Shown here one piece after another: positions 55,439-64,000 of a stretch of DNA of 64,000 nt. The notes beneath the pieces are model-generated. The model was not told where the DNA came from and searched no databases. It was given only the letters and a program-made list of their open reading frames with translations. Made by a program: the position numbers and the translations under genes. Origin of the DNA: Candidatus Woesearchaeota archaeon (lineage in GTDB: Archaea; Nanobdellota; Nanobdellia; Woesearchaeales; GW2011-AR4); NCBI GenBank assembly GCA_018303505.1, contig JAGVYA010000020.1, positions 97-64,096 on the forward strand. The letters are read 5' to 3'. The first letter of the stretch is position 1; the number at the start of each line of letters is the position of its first letter.

Positions 55439-56424
55439 TGAACATCATGCTCGATATTTTTGTTTTTGATTTTCTTATTAGGCCATATTTTGCAATGTTT
55501 AATCAGAACATTTTTTAATTTCACATTATCTGATATTATTGCATTCAGCGCATTTCCCTTAAAGCTTACATTTTCACCAATAACAGAATTTTCAACAATA
55601 GAGTTCTCATCAATAATTGTTTTATCCATTATTATTGAATTTTTTACAATTCCCTTTATAATACAATTTTTTCCGATGCTGGTATTTTTGACATTGCCAA
55701 GGATTTTTGTATTTTTGCCAATAATGTTTTTGTTTTTTCTCAATTCCTTGTCTGCTTTTAACAAATCAGAAGCATAAACAATTGGCAACCATTTTTTGCT
55801 TTTGACAATATGTATTTTCTCTTCTTTCGCCAATAATTTGATTGCATCCGGCATTTCAAGCTCATTTCTTTTTGATTTTTTAATTTGTCTGATGTAATTG
55901 AATATTTTCTTGTCAAGCGAATAAAAGGCAGTGCTTGCCGTATCAGAAACAAATTTTTTTGGTTTTTCCACAAACCCAGTTAAAATTCCGTTTTTTTCGA
56001 TTACAACGCCAAAATTTTGCGGGTTTTCAACCTTTTTTGTCAATATTGAATATCTGTATCGAATGCATTTTTTCATGTCTTCTCTTGAATATATATCATC
56101 ACCCATCAGCAAAACAAATCTGTCTTTAATATGCCCCTCACCTAAAGAAACAGCATGGGCAGTTCCAAGCTGTTGTTTTTGCTCAACAAACTTTATTTTC
56201 AGATTTTTATATTTATTTCCAATATATTTTTTTATTAAATTTTTTTTGTAGCCGACAACAATGATAACTTCATCTGCAATGCCATTTAAATTATCTAAAT
56301 TATGCTCAAGCATTGTCTTGTTGGCAACCTTAAGCAACGGCTTTGGCTTTGTAAGTGTCAAAGGGTATGTTCTTGTTGATTTTCCAGCTGCCAGTATTAC
56401 TGCTTGCATTTTAGAAAACTTCAA
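55435..56424 (-). CDS. sugar-phosphate nucleotidyltransferase with C-terminal left-handed beta-helix
   Basis: AVILAAGKSTRTYPLTLTKPKPLLKV and hexapeptide-like repeats at the C-terminus. Confidence 0.8.
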   Translation of the reverse strand: MKFSKMQAVILAAGKSTRTYPLTLTKPKPLLKVANKTMLEHNLDNLNGIADEVIIVVGYKKNLIKKYIGNKYKNLKIKFVEQKQQLGTAHAVSLGEGHIKDRFVLLMGDDIYSREDMKKCIRYRYSILTKKVENPQNFGVVIEKNGILTGFVEKPKKFVSDTASTAFYSLDKKIFNYIRQIKKSKRNELEMPDAIKLLAKEEKIHIVKSKKWLPIVYASDLLKADKELRKNKNIIGKNTKILGNVKNTSIGKNCIIKGIVKNSIIMDKTIIDENSIVENSVIGENVSFKGNALNAIISDNVKLKNVLIKHCKIWPNKKIKNKNIEHDVQ

Positions 56425-57667
56425 CTTTTATTAATTTAGATCTTTCTTTTACAAATTGGTTTTTTACAATATTTTTTAATAAGTCAATAGGTTTTGTGAA
56501 ATTTCTTTGCTCTAAGGCATATATTTTGTTTTTCTTGACAAATGTTTTTTTGTGAATTTTTTTAAAATTATCAGCATGCTGCTTTATTTTAAGAGGCGGG
56601 CCTTCAATCTCAACAAATTTTGGCAATGGCTTATTGTCGAATAAAAAATAGAATACTGCATCGCTCTTTTTATACCATTCCCAATCAGTTTTTTTTATTC
56701 GGAAATCATGCTTCTGCAATTTTTCATTTAAAAATTCATAAATTTTCAGTAATTTGCTCCCAACAACATCTATTTTTCCGCTTAATGGGTCTGCTTTGAT
56801 TATTATTAATTTTGAATTGCTTGTTTTTTCTTTTAAGAACAATGATTTTAAATCTTTCCTGGCAAAAAATTCTTTTGATGGTTTTTTTAAGAATTCAATT
56901 GAAGCCTTTTTGAAGGCTTCAAATTTTTCGATGCTTAAGGCTGCTGCGGCATTCCTGTCTTTCTGCACAGGATCAATGACTATTAATGGCGATATAAGTT
57001 TTGATGTATTGACTAATTTAAAGACATCTTTGCCCTTGTAGTATCCTTGTGCATCTACAATAACTCTGCTATTCCATTTGGCTGCATTTTTTATCAAATT
57101 CAAAAAAGAGCCATAATAAACAGTCAGTATTTCGCATATATATCCGGAAAATCCTCTTATGTAGCTTTCTGCGCCATAAATATTTTGAGCCTGACAGAAC
57201 TGCTTTGTAAGCTTCATCTCATTGACAAGCTTTTTATGCCTTGAAACCCATTTTGAGTGCAGCGGGCTTGCATCAGTTATATTCTTGGCCTGCTCTGATT
57301 TTTGGATTTTTAATATAGGAACAATCTCAAAAGTGAAATTGCCTTGCTTAATCTGAAAATAATCTCTTGAGCCATGCAGCCTTAGAACATTTTTGAATCT
57401 CTTCTTCAATATTTTTTCCAGAATATCAGACAATTTGTCGCTTTTGTCCTTAAATTTTTTATAATCAAATAAAGCAAAAATGTCAGCGTCAAACGTCTTT
57501 AACCAAGTGCCTTTAGCTCCAGAACCTCCTAAAATTGCCTTGATATTTTTTTGGTTTTGGTTGATTTTTTTAATGATGAGGTCTAGTTTTTCAAATATTT
57601 CTTTCTCGTAATTTTTATCAGGCTGTATTTCCTTAAGCGCTTCGTCAAGTATTTGCTTGATTTTCAT
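56411..57667 (-). CDS. cca: CCA-adding enzyme, archaeal class I
   Basis: ILGGSGAKGTWLKTFDADIFALF nucleotidyltransferase motif. Consistent with tRNA genes that lack encoded CCA. Confidence 0.85.
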   Translation of the reverse strand: MKIKQILDEALKEIQPDKNYEKEIFEKLDLIIKKINQNQKNIKAILGGSGAKGTWLKTFDADIFALFDYKKFKDKSDKLSDILEKILKKRFKNVLRLHGSRDYFQIKQGNFTFEIVPILKIQKSEQAKNITDASPLHSKWVSRHKKLVNEMKLTKQFCQAQNIYGAESYIRGFSGYICEILTVYYGSFLNLIKNAAKWNSRVIVDAQGYYKGKDVFKLVNTSKLISPLIVIDPVQKDRNAAAALSIEKFEAFKKASIEFLKKPSKEFFARKDLKSLFLKEKTSNSKLIIIKADPLSGKIDVVGSKLLKIYEFLNEKLQKHDFRIKKTDWEWYKKSDAVFYFLFDNKPLPKFVEIEGPPLKIKQHADNFKKIHKKTFVKKNKIYALEQRNFTKPIDLLKNIVKNQFVKERSKLIKVEVF

Positions 57668-57715
57668 AGATAGAAATTAACTTTAATTGCTATAAAAAAG
57701 TTTGGGTTTTTAGAA

Positions 57716-60166
57716 TTACTTTCCATTATTCTCTCTCGGCACCTTTACAGCTGCAACAACCTTGTCATTTTCTTCCAATTTCATTATTTTAACTCCTTGA
57801 GTGTTTCTTCCAATTACAGAAATGTCAGTTGCAGGCACTCTTATGATAATGCCATTCTTGCTTATGAAAATAATATCATCATTTTCTGTCACAGGACAGA
57901 TAGAAACAACTTTGCCATTTCTTTCACTGCATTGTATGTTAATGACGCCAGAGCCTCCTCTGTTAATCAAGCGATATTCTGCTATTGAAGTTCTTTTGCC
58001 ATAGCCGTTCTCTGTGACAGTAAGCAAAGTATTTTCATCAGATGCAACAACCATGCCCATAACCTCGTCATTGTCCTTCAAGCTTATTCCCCTGACCCCT
58101 TGCGCAGATCTTCCCGTAGGCCTTACATTTCGCTCTTCAAACCTTACAGCAAGCCCATTTTTGGTTGCTAAAATAATCTGCCGGTTTCCATCTGTCAGCT
58201 CGACATTAATCAATTCATCATTTTGCTCAAGCTTGATTGCGACAATTCCATGCCTTCTGGGGTTGCTGTAAGCCATAAGCTCTGTTTTCTTGACAGTTCC
58301 ATTTTTTGTTGACATTATGAGATAATGCTCGTTGTCAAAATTCTTGACAGGTACTAATGCTGTAACAGTCTCGTCATTCCCAAGCTCAAGAAGATTCACA
58401 ATGGCTTTGCCTCTTGCTTGCCTGCTGGCTTCCGGAAGATTATATACTTTAATCCAGTGCACTTTTCCTTTGTTTGTAAAAAAAAGAATGCAGGAATGTG
58501 TGCTTGCAACAAAAATGTCCTTTACAATGTCCTCATCTTTTGTTGTTGTTGCAATTATACCTTTGCCTCCTCGATGCTGAAGCTTGTATGTCTGCAATGG
58601 CAATCGCTTGATGTAGCCGGAATTTGTTATTGTTATTGCCATTTCCTCGTCTTTTATCAGGTCCTCGGTTTCAAGCTCTGCATTTTCAAGCTCTATGATT
58701 TGGGTTCTTCTTGCGTCATTATACCCTTCTTTTAATTTGCTTAATTCTTTTTTAATTATGTCCAGTATCTTTTGCGGATTTGAAAGGATTGATTCAAGCT
58801 CTTCAATCAGCTTCAGCAAATCAATATGCTCCTGCCTTATTTTTTCTTGCTCTAAAGAAGTCAGCCTTTGCAACCTCATCTCCAGAATTGCAACAGCCTG
58901 CTCATTTGTCAGATTGAAATTTGATGCCAAGGCTTGCTTTGCAGTTTCCACTGATTTGCTGTCCTTGATTAATTTAATGACATTATTTATATTAGTCAAT
59001 GCCACTATCAAGCCTTCAAGAATATGGGCCCTTGTTTGCGCCTTGTTTAAATCAAACAAAGTTCTTTTTCTTACTACATCTTTTCTGTGCTCTATGTAAT
59101 AATGGATTAACTGCTTAATGCTCAGGACTTTTGGCTCGTTATTGACAAGAGCAAGCATTATTATGCCAAATGTTGTCTGCATTCTTGTGTGCTGGAATAA
59201 CTGGTTAAGCACAATGCTTGAGTCTGCATCTTTCTTGAGTTCAATGACAACCCTTATTCCATGCCTGTCGCTTTCATCCCTTAAATCAGAAATGCCAATA
59301 ATTTTTTTATCGCTCACAAGATCTGCTATTTCCTCCAAAAGCTCTGATTTATTGACCATAAATGGTATTTCGCTTATAATAATCGCAGATTTATTTTTGC
59401 TTTGCTCAATGCTCGTTTTTGCCCTTACAAGAATTTTGCCTCTTCCGGTTGAATATGCCTCCTTAACCCCATTTCTGCCGCAAATGAATGCTCCTGTTGG
59501 AAAATCAGGCCCATGGATAATGCGCATTATTTCTTCTATATCTAAATCAGGATTGTCAATTTGTTTTATTGCAGCATCAATTATTTCTCCAATGTTATGG
59601 GGTGGAATGTTTGTTGCCATCCCAACTGCAATTCCAGAGCTTCCATTAATCAGTAAGTTAGGCAGCTTTGAAGGCAAGACTGTTGGCTCTGTTGTGCTGT
59701 TGTCAAAATTTGGGATAAAGCGCACAGTTCTTTTATCAATATCCTCAAGCATTTCTTCTGCGAGCTTTGTTAGTCTACACTCGGTGTAGCGCATTGCGGC
59801 ACTCGGATCCCCATCGATCGATCCCAAATTGCCTTGCCCATCAACAAGAGGATACCTCATTGAGAAATCTTGGGCTAAACGAACTAGAGTGTCGTAAATT
59901 GCTGCGTCAGAATGGGGATGAAATTTTGCCATGCAATTTCCTACGACATTTGCAGATTTTTTGAATGGTTTATCGTGGGTTAGCCCGATATCCCACATTG
60001 TATAAAGCACACGTCTATGTACAGGCTTAAGACCATCACGAACGTCTGGAAGAGCTCTGCCAACAATCACACTCATAGAATAATCTAAATAACTCTTTTT
60101 CATCTCATCTTGGATGATTCTGGGGATTATTCTTGTCCCTAATTTCTGTTGACTTTCTTCTGCCAT
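57716..60166 (-). CDS. gyrA: DNA gyrase subunit A
   Basis: SVIVGRALPDVRDGLKPVHRRVLY, AAMRYTE and C-terminal beta-pinwheel repeats. Confidence 0.95.
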   Translation of the reverse strand: MAEESQQKLGTRIIPRIIQDEMKKSYLDYSMSVIVGRALPDVRDGLKPVHRRVLYTMWDIGLTHDKPFKKSANVVGNCMAKFHPHSDAAIYDTLVRLAQDFSMRYPLVDGQGNLGSIDGDPSAAMRYTECRLTKLAEEMLEDIDKRTVRFIPNFDNSTTEPTVLPSKLPNLLINGSSGIAVGMATNIPPHNIGEIIDAAIKQIDNPDLDIEEIMRIIHGPDFPTGAFICGRNGVKEAYSTGRGKILVRAKTSIEQSKNKSAIIISEIPFMVNKSELLEEIADLVSDKKIIGISDLRDESDRHGIRVVIELKKDADSSIVLNQLFQHTRMQTTFGIIMLALVNNEPKVLSIKQLIHYYIEHRKDVVRKRTLFDLNKAQTRAHILEGLIVALTNINNVIKLIKDSKSVETAKQALASNFNLTNEQAVAILEMRLQRLTSLEQEKIRQEHIDLLKLIEELESILSNPQKILDIIKKELSKLKEGYNDARRTQIIELENAELETEDLIKDEEMAITITNSGYIKRLPLQTYKLQHRGGKGIIATTTKDEDIVKDIFVASTHSCILFFTNKGKVHWIKVYNLPEASRQARGKAIVNLLELGNDETVTALVPVKNFDNEHYLIMSTKNGTVKKTELMAYSNPRRHGIVAIKLEQNDELINVELTDGNRQIILATKNGLAVRFEERNVRPTGRSAQGVRGISLKDNDEVMGMVVASDENTLLTVTENGYGKRTSIAEYRLINRGGSGVINIQCSERNGKVVSICPVTENDDIIFISKNGIIIRVPATDISVIGRNTQGVKIMKLEENDKVVAAVKVPRENNGK

Positions 60167-60292
60167 TTTTGAAAGAACTTCATAACCACTTTATCGTCTA
60201 TAAATCGGTATGTTTTATGATTTATAAGGGTTATGTTTTTGTATTCTTTTCTATATAGAAAATTTCAATATGGAAAATAAGTCTATATTGCT

Positions 60293-60433
60293 CTAAATTT
60301 TCTTCACAATTGCCTTATTTATAGAAAAACTATGGTTGCAATAAACACACTTTTTCTTTTTTCCAGAAAGATATATATCTTTACTTTGGTACTTCATTTT
60401 ATTTTTACATTTAGGGCATTGCAGAATGAACAT
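60293..60433 (-). CDS. possible small zinc-ribbon protein (46 aa)
   Basis: Own translation: MFILQCPKCKNKMKYQSKDIYLSGKKKKCVYCNHSFSINKAIVKKI; CPxC...CxxC. Confidence 0.35.
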   Translation of the reverse strand: MFILQCPKCKNKMKYQSKDIYLSGKKKKCVYCNHSFSINKAIVKKI

Positions 60434-60462
60434 TTTAACCAATTTTTTATTTTACAATGTAT

Positions 60463-60552
60463 GGCGAGGCGGAGCAGTGAGATGGTGAGCGAGTTTCGAC
60501 GAGCGAACCTCGCATGTCACTAGCACTAAATTTTGCCGAAGGCGGATTGAAA
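60463..60552. repeat. half-length GC-rich repeat (right-end module)
   Basis: ggcgaggcgg..cagtgagatggtgagcgagtttcgacgagcgaacctcgcatgtcactagcac..tttgccgaaggcggattgaa. Confidence 0.75.
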
Positions 60553-60683
60553 TTATCTTTTCAATTTTAATTTAGTTCTTTTATTTGTTATTTTAAGCGT
60601 TATTCTTTATGTCATTTATTTTGTATATTTCACAACGCATTAATCTATAATTCTTCAACAATAAAATTAATTTTTCAAAAAAT

Positions 60684-61703
60684 TCAAACTTCCTTATTTT
60701 CTTCTTTACTTTCTTTTTGTGCGCCAATTATTTGCTCAACTTTTTTATCAACTATTGCTTCCATTTCGGAAGTCATCTTGATGCCCTCGCTTTTCTTTTT
60801 TTGTTTTGCTTTGGGTTGTTGCTCTGCAGATTGAATTGCCTGCTCTGTTTTCTGTGGCTGCATATATGGAATTTGTTTTTCTTTTTTTGGCTTTGGTTTT
60901 TGCTCTTCTTCAATTATCTCCATTTCGCCAATTTTCTCTTTTTCAACAATCAAATTTCCTTCTTTTTCAAAACCAGCTCTGATGGTGCCGAACTCGGTTC
61001 GAGCATCTTCAGAAATAAGCTCTTTTGATTTTGCCTCATAAGTTTTCAATGGAACTCCAAATTCTTCTTCAGCTTCATCCAATGATTCAATTTCCTTCTT
61101 TATTTTTTCATCTTCTTTTTTCAGCTCCTCTGCTCTTTTGCGCTGCTCTTCCTTTATTTTATCGACTTCTTCCTCTTTTTCCTTGATTGCCTTTGCTATG
61201 CTCTCAAAATCCTTGAACTGCTCTTTGAGCTTTTCTTCTGTTAGGTCAAAATACCTGAAGAATTTTTCAGTTAACTTGATTAAATTGGTTCTGCCGTGCT
61301 TCTGCCTTGATATGTAGCCTGACTTTTCCAGCTCTGCAAGATGTTCATAAGCCTTATTGGTCCTTATCTTTATCAAATCTGACTGCAGGATTGGGTACTT
61401 AAAGGCTATAACAGAGAGTGTTTCAAGCACGCTCTTTGTAAGCTCTGTCTCTGTCACAATTTTTCTTACCATAGAAATAAAATGGTCCCTGACTGTGAAT
61501 TTCCAGAATTCCCCTTCTTCAACAAGCATCAAGGATGATTGCTTTTCATCATACTCTTTTTGCAGCTCTTTAAGCGAAGAAATCACATCTTCTTTTCTTG
61601 AGCGGCACAGCTTGCTTATCTCTTCCAAGCTTATCCTGTTGCCTGTAGAAAAAAGCACCGCTTCCACCTTGCTTTTCACGCTAGGTTTTTTTAGTTCCAT
61701 CAT
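60684..61703 (-). CDS. scpB: segregation and condensation protein B with long E/K-rich tail
   Basis: VEAVLFSTGNRISLEEISKL and a second winged helix ..AYEHLAELEKSGYISRQKHGR. Confidence 0.8.
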   Translation of the reverse strand: MMELKKPSVKSKVEAVLFSTGNRISLEEISKLCRSRKEDVISSLKELQKEYDEKQSSLMLVEEGEFWKFTVRDHFISMVRKIVTETELTKSVLETLSVIAFKYPILQSDLIKIRTNKAYEHLAELEKSGYISRQKHGRTNLIKLTEKFFRYFDLTEEKLKEQFKDFESIAKAIKEKEEEVDKIKEEQRKRAEELKKEDEKIKKEIESLDEAEEEFGVPLKTYEAKSKELISEDARTEFGTIRAGFEKEGNLIVEKEKIGEMEIIEEEQKPKPKKEKQIPYMQPQKTEQAIQSAEQQPKAKQKKKSEGIKMTSEMEAIVDKKVEQIIGAQKESKEENKEV

Positions 61704-62284
61704 GCCAAGCTGTATAACTCATTCTCTTTTTTAATTTTGTTTTCTTTAAGCAGCTTTTCAACAAAAATTTCAAGCTCTTTTTTGTCAACGCCTGTTATTT
61801 GGGAAAGCTGTTCCAAGGAAAGCCTGCTTACTTTTAAGCAGATTAATATTGCATTATGGAGTATCGCATTCATGTTGTGCTTCAAAAAATCATTCTCTGC
61901 CTTCAATTGCTTAACAATCATGTCAACATTATGCAGTCTTGCCTGCAAGTCATTAAGAAAGTTAGAAAGCTCGGGATTTGTCATTACCAAATGCTCTGGC
62001 TTGACAACTTCAATAGAAGAAGGCATGTACTCAAAGCAAAAGCCAATTAGTTTTTTTGTTCCTTTTACAACCAAATCCAATTCAACAAATTTGCTCCATA
62101 ATGGGCCTTGCTCCTTAATTTCAGAGTAATCTTCATTTAAGATTACAAGCTCAGAATCTTGTTTGATATGCTCAATATATTCCTTTATAGCATCCTCAAC
62201 ATACTCTTTTGGCTTGCCTAAAACCTCTATAATAGTCCTGCATCTAATATGAGCATGCTCGCCTTGTTTTTCAGCTTCAACCAT
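61700..62284 (-). CDS. hypothetical protein translationally coupled to scpB
   Basis: Track ORF with 4-nt overlap to the scpB start. C-terminal LSLEQLSQITGVDKKELEIFVEKLLKE looks wHTH-like. Confidence 0.55.
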   Translation of the reverse strand: MVEAEKQGEHAHIRCRTIIEVLGKPKEYVEDAIKEYIEHIKQDSELVILNEDYSEIKEQGPLWSKFVELDLVVKGTKKLIGFCFEYMPSSIEVVKPEHLVMTNPELSNFLNDLQARLHNVDMIVKQLKAENDFLKHNMNAILHNAILICLKVSRLSLEQLSQITGVDKKELEIFVEKLLKENKIKKENELYSLA

Positions 62285-62340
62285 GAGTTTTCAAAAACTA
62301 AATTTGTTTAAAAATGTTTCCTACGAAACCTATTTATAAA

Positions 62341-63063
62341 TTACCTTTTCCATATCAGTATTATATTCAATAAAATTGACAATGTCAAGAGAAATATCAT
62401 AATCCATCCTTTTACTCTTTCATTGCTTGATTCATAAACAATTTGAGGAGTTTGTATTGTGCTGGATGTTATTGGTTTTGATTCTTGGATTTTTTGAGTA
62501 TTTTTATTTGCTAATTGGATGGTGTTTTCTATTTCTTCATCAGTTGTTTTTGGAGCGGTTTTTGCTGGTTTAGTTGCGGTTTGTTTGTTATCAGCATCAT
62601 TAGTCAATGTATTTTCAGTCTTTGCTTCAATATCTTCATTTTTGCTTTCCTTATTATTTGCTTTCTCTATCTCGCCTTTTATTTTTATTTCTTTTTTATC
62701 TATATTGTTGTCCTTGTTTGTATCATCACATTCAACGCTTATCTCTGCAGTTATCTCATAATTGCCAGGCTTCAAGTTTGGAGTGTACTCGCTTGAAGTT
62801 TTTTGCTTTGAAATTGATTGAGAAGTCCATGGCTTGTAGCTTTTTACAGTTTTGCCATTTGAATCCTCTATTTCAGCTGTTCCTGTTATATTAGTGGATT
62901 TTCCTTCTATTTTAGTAGCCCTCATCCTCCACTTGAAATCCTCTATTTCAAATTCTTCACCGTCAATTATAATTTCAACTTTATAATCGCAAGCTGGCTG
63001 CTGTGCAAGAGAAATATTCATATAAACAAGCCCCAAAAGCAAGAAAATAACCAGTTTCTTCAT
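62341..63063 (-). CDS. secreted protein with C-terminal membrane anchor
   Basis: Signal peptide MKKLVIFLLLGLVYMNISLA, T/N/K-rich linker, C-terminal hydrophobic segment. Confidence 0.6.
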   Translation of the reverse strand: MKKLVIFLLLGLVYMNISLAQQPACDYKVEIIIDGEEFEIEDFKWRMRATKIEGKSTNITGTAEIEDSNGKTVKSYKPWTSQSISKQKTSSEYTPNLKPGNYEITAEISVECDDTNKDNNIDKKEIKIKGEIEKANNKESKNEDIEAKTENTLTNDADNKQTATKPAKTAPKTTDEEIENTIQLANKNTQKIQESKPITSSTIQTPQIVYESSNERVKGWIMIFLLTLSILLNIILIWKR

Positions 63064-63187
63064 TTTATTAGATATGTACTTGGATTATTTATTTTTTATG
63101 CTAGCAGGAATATATACTTTACTATTGAATAATGCTAACAAAAATTTTAATAAGAACGGCTTAGTATATGCAATAGGGTGCGTAAGA

Positions 63188-63847
63188 GTGGGTTTTTTAA
63201 AATTCTTAAAGAGGGAGAAAAAGGACACTTTAGATGAATTAGATTTGCCGCCTGCTCCTCCTCCATTAGAGGGCTTTGAAGAGAATATGCCGGAGTTGCC
63301 CGATTTTCCGGATTTTGGCGATGAAAAGGGTTCTGGCATGGAAATGCCAAATTTGGATTTTCCTGAAGAGGAAAAGAATATTCAAGATTTTAGCAAAGAA
63401 GAGACTATGCCGGAATTTCCAAGCTTTCCAGAAATGGATGAAAATCCAACGCCTATTCAACCTGTTAGTTCAAATTTACAAATTCCAGAGCCTCTATCAA
63501 CGCCCCAGCCAGAGTTTGAGCCTGAGCAAGAAGAGATTAGTGAAGAGCAGCCTATGCCATCAGACACTTATCCAAAAACTGCTGGAAGGCTTTTTAGCCA
63601 GGAAAAAAGAATTTTAAGAGAAAGGCCAAGTGCAAAAACAATTTATGTAAGTGTAGACAATTTTAAAGCGACGCTTGGAAGCATTAACATGGTCAGGAGC
63701 GATTTAAGAAAGTCTGAAGAAGCCTTAATGAAATTAGAAAGCATAAAGAATGCAAAAGACAAGTCATTTGACAAAATGAAAAGTTCGCTTGATGACTTGC
63801 AGAGAAAGCTTATTTTTGTTGATAAAACTTTATTCAAGGGTGAGTAA
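63188..63847 (+). CDS. acidic Pro-rich protein related at the N-terminus to 41543..42463
   Basis: Suggested GTG start (VGFLKFLKREKKDTLDELDLPPAPPPLEGFEE), by analogy with MLFSKLKHKDEELLPPPPPFPNLEFEE. The track ORF starts at 63074. Confidence 0.5.
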   Translation: MGFLKFLKREKKDTLDELDLPPAPPPLEGFEENMPELPDFPDFGDEKGSGMEMPNLDFPEEEKNIQDFSKEETMPEFPSFPEMDENPTPIQPVSSNLQIPEPLSTPQPEFEPEQEEISEEQPMPSDTYPKTAGRLFSQEKRILRERPSAKTIYVSVDNFKATLGSINMVRSDLRKSEEALMKLESIKNAKDKSFDKMKSSLDDLQRKLIFVDKTLFKGE

Positions 63848-63849
63848 AA

Positions 63850-64000
63850 ATGAGAGAGCAAAAAAGCGGCATGCCTGTTTTTGTGAAGGTTGATGAGTAC
63901 AAGGAGATTTTGGATGTTTTGGAGATGATAAAAAGCAAGATAAAGGAAATAAGGGCCGCATTAGGCGATATAAATGCTCTGCGAAATGAAGAGGATGCAG
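63850..64000 (+). CDS. hypothetical protein, 5' part only (runs off window)
   Basis: Own translation: MREQKSGMPVFVKVDEYKEILDVLEMIKSKIKEIRAALGDINALRNEEDA. Confidence 0.45.
   Translation, partial: MREQKSGMPVFVKVDEYKEILDVLEMIKSKIKEIRAALGDINALRNEEDA

Overview
Visibly AT-rich archaeal chromosome segment, most consistent with a small-genome DPANN-type archaeon. All calls come from reading the sequence and ORF track by eye; no search tools were run. Archaeal markers: the cluster uS13-uS4-uS11-RpoD-tRNA(Leu)-eL18-uL13-uS9-RpoN, plus TFS, aIF5B, aEF-1beta, class I CCA enzyme, Trm1, Taw1 and archaeal RibK/RibC/RibH. Other housekeeping genes include LeuRS, GyrA, ScpB, Tmk, Dut, NadK, IlvE, ThiL and RtcA. 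Several things stand out. (1) A compositionally foreign three-gene cassette encodes a SpoT-type HD hydrolase-like protein, a RelA/SpoT synthetase-like protein and an unknown protein. It sits next to a PIN/UPF0175 toxin-antitoxin pair bracketed by a perfect 36-bp direct repeat. (2) Two further small cassettes are also bracketed by direct repeats that copy the 3' end of a resident gene. (3) A GC-rich, hairpin-rich intergenic repeat superfamily has about 11 copies. It shows terminal inverted repeats, compensatory base changes, one nested insertion and one copy inside a tRNA intron. (4) An unclassified structured RNA candidate of about 350 nt lies at 33974-34319. (5) Two tRNAs carry bulge-helix-bulge introns, one of them in the D-loop. 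(6) Perfect tandem duplications lie inside tRNA(Leu) and uL13. (7) Four single-nucleotide frameshifts interrupt otherwise intact genes (rpoN, a SPOUT-like gene, a K+ channel, one unknown). They may reflect sequencing error, decay or recoding. (8) A free-standing LAGLIDADG endonuclease gene is wedged between rps9 and rpoN.
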